Positions 53,914 to 62,620 of a DNA stretch of 64,000 bases are shown in pieces. The position numbers and the translations under genes are program-made. A model generated the notes under the pieces. That model made no database searches. It saw only the letters and a program-made list of their open reading frames with translations, and had not been told where the DNA came from. Numbering within the stretch: position 1 is the first letter of the stretch; each line of letters opens with the position of its first letter. The stretch lies in sequence record MH791398.1; one strand, 5' to 3'.

Positions 53914-54234
53914 ATGAACACGACCGTGATGAATAGATGTCGTTCTGTAAACCTGAATAAAGAACCTTGTGACGTCGTTGTTATGCGCCCTTCTAAGTGG
54001 GGGAATCCTTTCCCCTTACGCAGAGAAGAAGACAGAGAGGTTATTTTAGAGAAATATAAAAACTGGTTGACAGAACAGATACGAACAGGTAACCTTACTC
54101 GTGAAGATTTCAAAGAACTTGAAGGTAAGCGTTTAGGGTGTTGTTGTAAACCTAAACTGTGTCACGCCGATATTCTGGCTTATGTAGTTAACAAGTTATT
54201 TGAGCCATCATTAGACAAACTATTTGGTATATGA
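53914..54234 (+). CDS. DUF4326-family protein
   Basis: RPSKWGNPF...YKNWL...LEGKRLGCCCKPKLCHADIL; start codon uncertain. Confidence 0.8.
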   Translation: MNTTVMNRCRSVNLNKEPCDVVVMRPSKWGNPFPLRREEDREVILEKYKNWLTEQIRTGNLTREDFKELEGKRLGCCCKPKLCHADILAYVVNKLFEPSLDKLFGI

Positions 54235-54244
54235 GGAATATGTT

Positions 54245-54514
54245 ATGACAAAAGAATTTTTTGTTGATATGGACGTCCAGTTTATGTACCCTACTGACCA
54301 TTTCCCGAAAGGTGGTATACCGTTAGGGAAAGTTATCGACTATATCCCTTCTCTTGGTAGCCATATGGGTAAGTCTGATATTATGGGTATGGTTCTCAAG
54401 AAAGCTCGTGAACGCGGTGATATTAAATTCATTATCGGGTTTCCTGAAATTACAGAAGAAGACACGAAACGTCGGATTGAACTTATGCGTAAACAGGCGG
54501 AGAATTTGGTATGA
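54245..54514 (+). CDS. Hypothetical protein
   Basis: GAGGA SD. Confidence 0.55.
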   Translation: MTKEFFVDMDVQFMYPTDHFPKGGIPLGKVIDYIPSLGSHMGKSDIMGMVLKKARERGDIKFIIGFPEITEEDTKRRIELMRKQAENLV

Positions 54515-54789
54515 TTACTTTCCATCGTGAACGAATTATAAAGGATCGGTTTAAAGTCACACCAGAAGAATTCATCAAATACCTAATGGAAGTGCGTTGT
54601 TATGAAGGAAAATATCATTTTTACGTAAATAATGGTATTAATAAAGGTATGCTTTCGTGGGCTTGTGAATACCCATGGAAAGAGACAAATTACGACCTTT
54701 GTGATTTTGATCCGTATAACCCAACTTCATCATTGCAAAAAGAGATCCGTTCTGACATTATCAAGTTTCTAGAATCATTTGAGGAATAA
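54511..54789 (+). CDS. Hypothetical protein
   Basis: ATGA overlap. Confidence 0.55.
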   Translation: MITFHRERIIKDRFKVTPEEFIKYLMEVRCYEGKYHFYVNNGINKGMLSWACEYPWKETNYDLCDFDPYNPTSSLQKEIRSDIIKFLESFEE

Positions 54790-54792
54790 GAG

Positions 54793-55014
54793 ATGAAACA
54801 CCATGCAACACTTTCTAAAGTCCGCCCAGTACCCGGAAATCGTCTTTCTGGTCTTATCTATGACGATTGTCTAACCCGGTTTGAAAATGGAGACAGTATT
54901 GTAACTTCACCAATCACAGAAAAGATTGAATTTGATGGGGAAGTTCGTTATGTAAAAACAGAAACCGGAACTGTGTATCTGATTGGGTCTTGGGTTCATG
55001 CATTGGATCTGTAA
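54793..55014 (+). CDS. Small protein; paralog of 53602
   Basis: MKHHATL...GLIYDDCLTRFENGDSIVTS...TETGTVY. Confidence 0.65.
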   Translation: MKHHATLSKVRPVPGNRLSGLIYDDCLTRFENGDSIVTSPITEKIEFDGEVRYVKTETGTVYLIGSWVHALDL

Positions 55015-55016
55015 GT

Positions 55017-55232
55017 ATGAAGTATGAAATTAAATTAGAATATGTTTTGGAAAACACCGAACTTGAGTGGATCCAACGTACTATTCAAAGTGATACCCCA
55101 ACCGCAGATGAAAAATATATCCTGTTGAAGTTGGTTGCTGCTTTGAAATCTCCATTGGTGGATACTATATTGGTTGACATCGTAGAACTACAAATTATTG
55201 AAAGGTATATCCTAAATGCAAATTGTAATTGA
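55017..55232 (+). CDS. Hypothetical protein
   Basis: ATG at 55017 after the upstream stop. Confidence 0.5.
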   Translation: MKYEIKLEYVLENTELEWIQRTIQSDTPTADEKYILLKLVAALKSPLVDTILVDIVELQIIERYILNANCN

Positions 55233-55381
55233 CCTTAAAAATGCAAAATTGACAAATCCAGACGATCTCGAAAACATTATGACATACGAACAATTTGCTT
55301 TGTATACATGGATTTATTACCCATGGTTCAATAAGAAAACAAATCAGGTTATTCTCACAAAAGAAGAATATAACCTGATCC

Positions 55382-55657
55382 ATGAATGGATTTGATATGA
55401 ATAGAATTAATGTAGAATTAGAAGCTCGTGGTGTTGAAATTTCTGGTGGATATGGAAACAACCCGTATATTTTCTTGACATTAGATCAGGTAGACCCAGA
55501 ACCAGTAATGGATTCAATTACCATATCCGAATTTATTAGCCACTTTGGTGACTCAGACGTATTAAGTTACTTCACTATCCAAGATATCCTAGCCCATTTC
55601 GGAGAATCCGAATTGTTGGCGGCTATGGATACCCAAACTATTATGGACGCTCTATGA
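55382..55657 (+). CDS. Acidic hypothetical protein with an internal repeat
   Basis: ISEFISHFGDSDVL / IQDILAHFGESELL repeat. Confidence 0.55.
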   Translation: MNGFDMNRINVELEARGVEISGGYGNNPYIFLTLDQVDPEPVMDSITISEFISHFGDSDVLSYFTIQDILAHFGESELLAAMDTQTIMDAL

Positions 55658-55836
55658 AAGTCGACTTAACAAATTTAGACGTAAAACACTTAGAAACTAT
55701 CACTCTTATTATCGCACGATCTGCCGATATCATGACTCGTTTGACTCAAGCTAAAAAGGTTGGGTGTGTCACATTCGAATTGTCCGAAACTGAACTGAAA
55801 GATCTTAATACTATCAATTTGGGGATTACAGAATGA
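55654..55836 (+). CDS. Small hypothetical protein
   Basis: ATGA overlaps. Confidence 0.5.
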   Translation: MKVDLTNLDVKHLETITLIIARSADIMTRLTQAKKVGCVTFELSETELKDLNTINLGITE

Positions 55837-57011
55837 AAGAACTTTATAATAACCTGTTGAAGCTAACCGAAGAACATGGCGATTGTTTCTTCTTTCGTGA
55901 CCATTGGTCTTCCATTGGAAACCATTTTCGGGTATTCTCCTATCACATCGCAGGATTAACCCAATGGATGCTCCCAGACGCTCTAGAGTGTCGTGGTATC
56001 ATGTTTGAATTGGTTAACGGTGAACCGTACCGGATCGCATCTCGACCCATGGAAAAGTTTTTCAACCTAGCAGAACGCCAAGCATGGAACCTAACAAATT
56101 CCGGTGTTGTTGGACTCGATAAACTGGAATTGGATTATTCTAATATCGACCGATATGAAGATAAAGCAGATGGTAGTTTGGTGAGTTCTTATCACTTCAT
56201 CGACCCAGAAGACGACAATCGCATTAACTACATGTTGAAAAGTAAGACCTCAATTAATAGCGAACAGGCAAATGATGCAAATCGTTGGTTGGTGAACCAT
56301 ACAGACCTTTTGGACTTCGTTATCGATTGCGAAGAGGCAGGGTATACTGTGAATCTGGAATGGTGTTCTCCGAAGAACCAGATTGTTATTATGTATCCAG
56401 AAGAAAGCCTCAAGATCCTGAACGTCCGCCATCGTGATACTGGGGAATATTACTCAAACAACAAGTTGATTCGGTCTCCTGTGTTCCGCAAATATGCAGT
56501 AGATCAGTTCATGTTTGAAGAAGGTACGGATGTTAATGCCGCGATTTCGAACATGTACAACGAAACTGGGATCGAAGGATACATTCTGGTTATGAAAGAT
56601 GGTAGCCGAGTTAAGATCAAGACCACATCATATGTGGCTCGCCACAAGCTGAAAGACTCCATTACCAACAACAAGGATTTGGTAATTGCAGTTGCTCAAG
56701 GTGTGTCAGATGACCTACGTCAACTGTTTTTGGATGATTCGTTATCTCTAACAAAAATCCAAGAATTCGAAGACCATGTGGTTAGTGTTGCTGGCTCAAC
56801 TTATACCAAGATCCGAGAGGCCCATAAGGCTTGTGCTGGAATGGAACGACGCGAATACGCAATCTCTATGCAGAACACATTCAAACAAGACCGTATGTTC
56901 TTTAACATCGTGATGAAGATGTTCCAAGCACCGGATCTGGAAGTGATGCCAGAGATTATGGCAGTCGTTATCAAGTATCCGGAAGAATTTGTCCCAACTA
57001 AATGGAAATAA
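55833..57011 (+). CDS. rnlA: RNA ligase 1
   Basis: LECRGIMF, RPMEKFFN, motif I KADGS, LKSK, NLEW, motif IV EGYIL, VKIKT, RHKLK. Confidence 0.95.
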   Translation: MKELYNNLLKLTEEHGDCFFFRDHWSSIGNHFRVFSYHIAGLTQWMLPDALECRGIMFELVNGEPYRIASRPMEKFFNLAERQAWNLTNSGVVGLDKLELDYSNIDRYEDKADGSLVSSYHFIDPEDDNRINYMLKSKTSINSEQANDANRWLVNHTDLLDFVIDCEEAGYTVNLEWCSPKNQIVIMYPEESLKILNVRHRDTGEYYSNNKLIRSPVFRKYAVDQFMFEEGTDVNAAISNMYNETGIEGYILVMKDGSRVKIKTTSYVARHKLKDSITNNKDLVIAVAQGVSDDLRQLFLDDSLSLTKIQEFEDHVVSVAGSTYTKIREAHKACAGMERREYAISMQNTFKQDRMFFNIVMKMFQAPDLEVMPEIMAVVIKYPEEFVPTKWK

Positions 57012-57013
57012 AA

Positions 57014-57328
57014 ATGTCTATAATTTTGAATTGCATCGAAAAAGAAAATATCGAAAAGAATGACGTAACTGAAATATTTATCTCGCGACTTCGCGATCTA
57101 GGTATTAGAGTTGAAAATTCAACCCCGGTATTTGCTATTAGTACTATTGATGAAAAAAAGTGTTTTGAGATTAAATCTAGTTTGGTTTATGATATTGAAT
57201 ACACGATCAATAAAATAAAAGAAGCAGATCCTTATGTTGTTATGGTTGTTAGTGCAGAAGAGATAAAATATTTATCGACTGGTAAGAAAGAATATAAAAT
57301 TAGAATGGAAATATTGGCTCCAAAATGA
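57014..57328 (+). CDS. Hypothetical protein
   Basis: GGAAA SD. Confidence 0.5.
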   Translation: MSIILNCIEKENIEKNDVTEIFISRLRDLGIRVENSTPVFAISTIDEKKCFEIKSSLVYDIEYTINKIKEADPYVVMVVSAEEIKYLSTGKKEYKIRMEILAPK

Positions 57329-57339
57329 TGTAAAATAAG

Positions 57340-57390
57340 TTGACAGTATAATCTAAACCCTATATCATCAATGGTATAGGGTTTTTTACT
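57340..57390 (+). terminator. Terminator hairpin overlapping the -10 of an early promoter
   Basis: TTGACA(57340)-N17-TATCAT; AAACCCTATATCA...TGGTATAGGGTTT-TTTT. Confidence 0.7.
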
Positions 57391-57402
57391 TAGGAGACTA
57401 TT

Positions 57403-57603
57403 ATGAAACTAACTAATATCATGCCCGGAGAGGGATACTGTATTGCGGTTTGGACTGGTGGTGATGGACACATTGAGTCGGAAAAGTGGCGTATTAACCT
57501 AGATGACATAGAATATTGGGATACCCTTGACGGGTGGTGTGTTGTAGACCTTAATAACGAGTTTTATTCTCAATTGGAAATTCAGTGGGTGGTTCCGGAA
57601 TGA
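57403..57603 (+). CDS. Small Trp-rich hypothetical protein
   Basis: GGAG SD. Confidence 0.55.
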   Translation: MKLTNIMPGEGYCIAVWTGGDGHIESEKWRINLDDIEYWDTLDGWCVVDLNNEFYSQLEIQWVVPE

Positions 57604-57905
57604 AAAATATCGAAAACGAGATCGTAAAGTGGTTGTTCTTTGCAGAAAACAATGGTAAGATTAGTTGGATGATGAATAATGTTTTGAAAATCGACGAATC
57701 TACTAGGATCTATTTCGACAAAGAAGAGAAATTTATATCTTTGATCGACTATAGTGAAAGTCCTAGGATCTTTGATAACGTATTTAGTGAGGAATCCTGT
57801 AAAATCTTATGGGATATGTACAACAATCACAACCGTCCTATTGACCTAAAGAACCAAGAAGAGGCATTGATGGTTTTGAAATCTCGTATTGAGGGTATGA
57901 AATGA
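57600..57905 (+). CDS. Hypothetical protein
   Basis: ATGA overlap. Confidence 0.55.
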   Translation: MKNIENEIVKWLFFAENNGKISWMMNNVLKIDESTRIYFDKEEKFISLIDYSESPRIFDNVFSEESCKILWDMYNNHNRPIDLKNQEEALMVLKSRIEGMK

Positions 57906-58174
57906 TGGATCCAATCTTAGAAGTTCGTATGTGGTGGTCAATTGGTATTGTTTGTGTTGGGTTTCTTCTTCCGTTGTTTGTTTTGGCAATCAGACAGGTT
58001 TTCTTTAATAAAGATGTGACTTGGTATCAAGCGGCTGGATATGTTCTGTGGATCGCGTTGTGGGTGTCTTTCGGAAAAGAAATAATTCCAGAAAAATACG
58101 ATGTGAAAACCGAAAGGGTTTATCAATGTGAATGGGTGGATAGGACCGTACCGAAATACCCAAAAATTGATTGA
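57902..58174 (+). CDS. Two-TM membrane protein
   Basis: Two hydrophobic helices. Confidence 0.6.
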   Translation: MMDPILEVRMWWSIGIVCVGFLLPLFVLAIRQVFFNKDVTWYQAAGYVLWIALWVSFGKEIIPEKYDVKTERVYQCEWVDRTVPKYPKID

Positions 58175-58180
58175 CTATAA

Positions 58181-58507
58181 ATGAAAATCCTGTATCCTAT
58201 GTGGTACAGGATTTGTTTTGTGAGAGGTGGTATGAAAAACATTGGTTGGAAATACTATGTGGTTTCTGAAAATATGGGCGATGTGTTTGATTTCGAAGAA
58301 AAATTCGGGATTGCTGCCTTATCTTTGGATAACTCGATTAAGGTAGACACATCATTGGTATTAGTAACTCTATATCATGGTGAAATCATCGATCCTGTTC
58401 TTCATTTACCCCGTGTGTGGGTTCGTGGTGATGAATGTTGGCGCAACCCGAAGACAGGTGATGATCCGGTTTTTAAATTACTGAAAAAGTTTGGATATAT
58501 CAGTTGA
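58181..58507 (+). CDS. Hypothetical protein
   Basis: Packed ORF; the start may be downstream. Confidence 0.5.
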   Translation: MKILYPMWYRICFVRGGMKNIGWKYYVVSENMGDVFDFEEKFGIAALSLDNSIKVDTSLVLVTLYHGEIIDPVLHLPRVWVRGDECWRNPKTGDDPVFKLLKKFGYIS

Positions 58508-58560
58508 CTTAAAATTTAAATCATGAGAATATAGCTGTATCGAAACAAGGGAGAATAGAT

Positions 58561-58737
58561 ATGAAAGAATATATGTTTAAAGTTGTTTATGTTGGTCAAG
58601 ACGATCAAGTGTACGACGAAACCCGTGAGTATCGTGCGGTAGACAAGTATGCGGCGGAAAAAGGGATTGGGCAGTATCTTCTGGATAACAAACATATCAA
58701 GTTTGTATCAGACCTGAAAATTTTCGAAGAGGTATAA
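58561..58737 (+). CDS. 58-aa early protein (not in the ORF track)
   Basis: GGGAG SD; follows a TTGACT promoter at about 58504. Confidence 0.55.
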   Translation: MKEYMFKVVYVGQDDQVYDETREYRAVDKYAAEKGIGQYLLDNKHIKFVSDLKIFEEV

Positions 58738-58772
58738 AGTGGAAGAATATCAACAAATTGGTGGTGAATGAT

Positions 58773-59168
58773 ATGAAAGGTAAAGGTAAATTTTGGGGTT
58801 GGATTTCTAAGCTTTTAAATTCAGAAAAGCAGCCTCAATATTGGGATGTTATCAACCCAGTTACACCAACACCCCTCCAAGAAAAAGTAGATAAGATCGT
58901 TGAGATTATTGATGGTTGTGGTGACCTTAGCCGCAAACACACGAAAAGAACCATCACAACTTTTGTTATCGGTGATGGTGTTAAGTTGGTATGGGGTATT
59001 TCAATTCCAATTTCAATAATGTATGATGACGATGGTAAAGTTCATGATATTTTCAATGAGGAAGAGAAAGAACGAATTTTAACATCTCTGAGAAATTTAT
59101 CCTCTCGCGTAGAGGAAAAGAAGAGAAAAGAAGAGTTTAAAAACTTTCTTAGAACGGAACTAAAGTAA
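58773..59168 (+). CDS. Hypothetical protein
   Basis: GGTG SD. Confidence 0.55.
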   Translation: MKGKGKFWGWISKLLNSEKQPQYWDVINPVTPTPLQEKVDKIVEIIDGCGDLSRKHTKRTITTFVIGDGVKLVWGISIPISIMYDDDGKVHDIFNEEEKERILTSLRNLSSRVEEKKRKEEFKNFLRTELK

Positions 59169-59175
59169 GGATATT

Positions 59176-59403
59176 ATGATGAAATTTGATATGACTTTTT
59201 CCGAAGCACTTGTATATGTTCTCGAAGGTAAGGGTTGGGTAGTCGGCGAACATTTCCAAAAGGGGGTTGTTATGTCCCGTGGTGGTATGGGTTCTTTGAT
59301 GGTAAAAGACTTCAAAAGCAACACAGAAACCCCAATGATTGTATCAGTTCGTAGTCTTCAACAGAAATATCGAGCTGTATTTACACAACCAGAGGTGATG
59401 TGA
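59176..59403 (+). CDS. Small hypothetical protein (MTFSEAL...G start)
   Basis: AAGGA SD; weak resemblance to the start of the DUF2829/Tad2 family. Confidence 0.55.
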   Translation: MMKFDMTFSEALVYVLEGKGWVVGEHFQKGVVMSRGGMGSLMVKDFKSNTETPMIVSVRSLQQKYRAVFTQPEVM

Positions 59404-59404
59404 T

Positions 59405-59791
59405 ATGTTTTGGTTGTTCAAAAAACATGTACCGAATATCAGACCGTTGGCGAAAAAGATTATCGAAGTAATAGACAACGACCCGTATACATGGAATCTG
59501 TCAAGAAAAAACGATGTTGATGGTTTAATCTTTACTTTTGAAATCGAAGAACCAAACCTACCAAGACGATTCAAGCCACATGAAATAAAATTGGTTTATC
59601 GTCAAGGTAACGTTTTGATTCATGAGATGAATGAACGTGGTATTTTACATAAAGACCAATTCAACCGGGATGAGAAAAAAGAATTGATACCCCGTTTGGA
59701 AGAGATCAAACGTAAATCAGAAATTCGCCAGTATAACATTATCGAAAACACAATCGCATATGGATTGAATAAAAGGGAACGATGGAAATGA
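59405..59791 (+). CDS. Hypothetical protein
   Basis: GAGGTG SD. Confidence 0.55.
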   Translation: MFWLFKKHVPNIRPLAKKIIEVIDNDPYTWNLSRKNDVDGLIFTFEIEEPNLPRRFKPHEIKLVYRQGNVLIHEMNERGILHKDQFNRDEKKELIPRLEEIKRKSEIRQYNIIENTIAYGLNKRERWK

Positions 59792-60051
59792 AAAGCTCCG
59801 AAATCCACAAAAAGATCACCGAGAAGCGAGAAGCTTTGATTCAAAACGCACTAAATTTCGTTTATGAATATCTTCTCAAAAAGACAAATGACTATAACGT
59901 GACGGTTAGTATCCCAAACGAGATCATCCCGTCCGAGATCCGTTCTGAACTGGTTGAGCGTATGGTCAAAGATGGATATGGGGTGTCTTGGTCTAAATCC
60001 AATGATATGTATAGCAGTTACTCCCGTCTTGTTGTTGTCATCAACGAATAA
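59782..60051 (+). CDS. Hypothetical protein
   Basis: Overlap-coupled. Confidence 0.55.
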   Translation: MEMKSSEIHKKITEKREALIQNALNFVYEYLLKKTNDYNVTVSIPNEIIPSEIRSELVERMVKDGYGVSWSKSNDMYSSYSRLVVVINE

Positions 60052-60074
60052 ATTTAAAATCAAGGAAATTAAAA

Positions 60075-60362
60075 ATGTTTGATAAAATCAAAGAAGAAAT
60101 GGATAAAATTGAAGCAGCCCACGCAGGCGGTGAGATGACTGCAAAACAAGCCGTGAGTACAGTTATTAAACTGTCAGAAATGATGGAAGATGTCGCAACT
60201 AAATTCGCTGATGCTGGTGTTGTATCATTTTCAGTGGGTGATTACGGTAGTGGTCGGACTTACTACCCGTTCGGTCATGAGTATTGGGATCTTGAACAAG
60301 CCGAAGATTACGGTCACGGTGACGGTCATGGTTATTGGATGAGTTCTTCGGATCAGTGTTAA
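60075..60362 (+). CDS. Small protein ending YWMSSSDQC
   Basis: AAGGA SD; helical N-terminus and Gly/Tyr/Asp-rich C-terminus. Confidence 0.75.
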   Translation: MFDKIKEEMDKIEAAHAGGEMTAKQAVSTVIKLSEMMEDVATKFADAGVVSFSVGDYGSGRTYYPFGHEYWDLEQAEDYGHGDGHGYWMSSSDQC

Positions 60363-60386
60363 TTTTTAAACAAAAGGAAAAATAAA

Positions 60387-60614
60387 ATGTCTCGTAGTAA
60401 TGAACTGGTAGAAAAAGCAAAACAACTGGCTGTACTCCTGAAAGAAGTACGTGATCTTGCTGGTCAGCACGATTATGGTGTAGAACTAGACACAGACTCC
60501 GATGAGATTGTGTTTAATGACTGGCTAAGTAGCTCTTGTTATGGTGAAGGTGGTGAAGGTTTTACCGTGTCTGTTGATGCAGAACCTAGCTACTGGGAAG
60601 AAAGTAGTTGCTAA
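60387..60614 (+). CDS. Small protein with WLSSSC and terminal YWEESSC
   Basis: AAGGA SD; carries the motif twice. Confidence 0.75.
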   Translation: MSRSNELVEKAKQLAVLLKEVRDLAGQHDYGVELDTDSDEIVFNDWLSSSCYGEGGEGFTVSVDAEPSYWEESSC

Positions 60615-60663
60615 TTTGATGAAATGGGGTCGTATTGACCCCATAAATTTTGAGGGTAATATT

Positions 60664-61572
60664 ATGATTTTGATTGGTTCTCGTGCTATGTTGGAATGCT
60701 TCTACGCTGATAGTATGGCCCCAACTAAAGATATGGATTATGATTTCATTTCCACTGAACAAGAATGGAGTGAATACCAAGCTCGTATGCAAGGCCGCTC
60801 TGTAGCCGTACAGAATCCAAATGTACGAGCTTTTGTGGTTGGGCGCGGTGATAGTCGGAGTTGCTATCACGAGGCTTATATCATTCAACCGGGGTCGTCT
60901 GATGAGATGATTGCTGACTACATGAATAACGAACATGGTAAGATCAAGGTAGCTACTCCCGGTCTACTTCTTGCGATTAAGATGTCCCACCGGTTCAAAA
61001 AGAACACGCGCAATTTCATCAAAACCATGAAATCCATTCACGAACTTCGTGACTTTGGTGTGGTGATGAATGAAAAAGAATTCGAGATCTTCAAGAAACG
61101 TGAAAAAGAATCCTTGACTTATGGACACCCAAAGCTTAATGTAGGTAAGAAAGATTTCTTCACCGATGATTTTTACACTATGGATCACGACACAGTTCAC
61201 CAAGCTATTGCCGTTGGAGAACGACCCGCTTATTTGTCATACATGGTTGATGGTGAAGAAGTGATGACATCAAAAACGAAGTTTGAACAGTGTGATATGC
61301 GTATTAAACTTCTTGGTGTATACGAAGAAGCTTGCGTTTTGGCACTAGAACGGTGTATAGTACCATTTCCGGGTAAGGTTCATCCAGCCAAAGCTTTTAT
61401 GATGGCATTGGAAAAGGTTTGTACTTCTATCACTTCTGGATGGTTTCGCGAGTATGCATACGAGAACTATACAAACGTGATGGATATTTATAATGAACAA
61501 ACCAAGATTGGGGAGAACTACGTTCAACTCTTCCTCAAGAACCAACACATGATTAAGCCATTTGAGGGTTAA
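60664..61572 (+). CDS. Uncharacterised nucleotidyltransferase-like protein
   Basis: ILIGSRAM...DMDYD (GS + DxD). C-terminal domain with DHDTVHQ and EEACVLALER. GAGGG SD, ATG at 60664. Confidence 0.65.
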   Translation: MILIGSRAMLECFYADSMAPTKDMDYDFISTEQEWSEYQARMQGRSVAVQNPNVRAFVVGRGDSRSCYHEAYIIQPGSSDEMIADYMNNEHGKIKVATPGLLLAIKMSHRFKKNTRNFIKTMKSIHELRDFGVVMNEKEFEIFKKREKESLTYGHPKLNVGKKDFFTDDFYTMDHDTVHQAIAVGERPAYLSYMVDGEEVMTSKTKFEQCDMRIKLLGVYEEACVLALERCIVPFPGKVHPAKAFMMALEKVCTSITSGWFREYAYENYTNVMDIYNEQTKIGENYVQLFLKNQHMIKPFEG

Positions 61573-61575
61573 GAT

Positions 61576-61839
61576 ATGTTTGCACTTGCACATAAAGAAA
61601 CTGGGAAGTTTGTAGGTTGGGAGGTGTTTACCAGCTACATAGATGGAGAAACAGACTATTGTCTAACAGAACCGGAATTCTCTAACAACGTTTGGTGTCT
61701 ATTGGCTTATATGGATGTCAAGCGTATTCTCGAAAGGGGAGAAATTAAAAGAGGGTTCAACACATTTTATTCAGATCCGGACGTTGATTTCTCTCTGGAT
61801 GAATATGAAATTGTGGTTCTAACTGGGGTAAAAGTATAA
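61576..61839 (+). CDS. Hypothetical protein; paralog of 26540
   Basis: MFALAHKETGKFVG...EYEIVVL. Confidence 0.6.
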   Translation: MFALAHKETGKFVGWEVFTSYIDGETDYCLTEPEFSNNVWCLLAYMDVKRILERGEIKRGFNTFYSDPDVDFSLDEYEIVVLTGVKV

Positions 61840-61999
61840 TGGAATTTATCATCAACGACGGGTTGTATGTTGCTTTATGTGCTCTTGTTTCAATCGGTGC
61901 TCATATGTGGAATCGGAATTGGGCTCTTTGGATGGTTGGTTCGGTCTTGTTTAGTCCAGTCATTTCAGGAATTTTACTGATGCTCGCGGGTAAAAAGGA

Positions 62000-62320
62000 A
62001 TGAAATTCGATGTAAAAATTGGCCCTAGTGTTTTCATGGTACAATCTGATGAATCACCCGACGATCTATTTGAAATGCGAGGTGGAGTAAAAACCAGAGA
62101 CGGGTTTATTCTAGGGCAATACAGGTACATCAAACCTTGGGTCGTTCATTGCCAAGATTGGGAGAATATGTTTAATATGTTCTCTTTCAATGAGGAACCG
62201 ATAAAACGAAGCATAGTCATATCTAACGGAGAAAAGATCTGGTATGCAGAAGGTTGTTTCGTTAGTGAATATGTGTACACAACCAAGAGTCTTTTTATAC
62301 TCATAGATTGGATTGGATAA
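62000..62320 (+). CDS. Hypothetical protein
   Basis: ATG at 62000. Confidence 0.5.
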   Translation: MKFDVKIGPSVFMVQSDESPDDLFEMRGGVKTRDGFILGQYRYIKPWVVHCQDWENMFNMFSFNEEPIKRSIVISNGEKIWYAEGCFVSEYVYTTKSLFILIDWIG

Positions 62321-62617
62321 ATGAAAATAAGTAAAGAAGAAGTAGGAAGTTATATCAGTACTGTTTTTTGGTTTACCGCAAAACAGGGTATCGATAACAC
62401 AAATGGTGTATATGGGGTGGATGGTATTATTGAAAAACATAATAGATATCTATTCTGTATAATCACATTAAAAAACGGTTTAGTTTTTCATGGTGTCAAT
62501 TCGGGTGGATTAGACCCAGAAAAATACGACAGGACATACGCCGAAAACGATGCATTTGAAGATGCATTTAATAAGGTATGGGAAGCCGTCGCAATTCACA
62601 AATCTTTTTCAAAATAG
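62321..62617 (+). CDS. N4 gp49/Sf6 gp66-family protein (possible Acb4-type nucleotide sponge)
   Basis: CIITLKNGLVFHG...DPEKYDRTYAENDAFEDAFNKVWE pattern. Confidence 0.6.
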   Translation: MKISKEEVGSYISTVFWFTAKQGIDNTNGVYGVDGIIEKHNRYLFCIITLKNGLVFHGVNSGGLDPEKYDRTYAENDAFEDAFNKVWEAVAIHKSFSK

Positions 62618-62620
62618 TTG

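Noticed and set aside
60541-60663. N-terminal extension of the NTase ORF given in the track
   Set aside because: It overlaps the upstream gene and a hairpin. The SD GAGGG supports the ATG at 60664. The same reasoning was used to trim the starts of regA, 41, 61 and several small ORFs.
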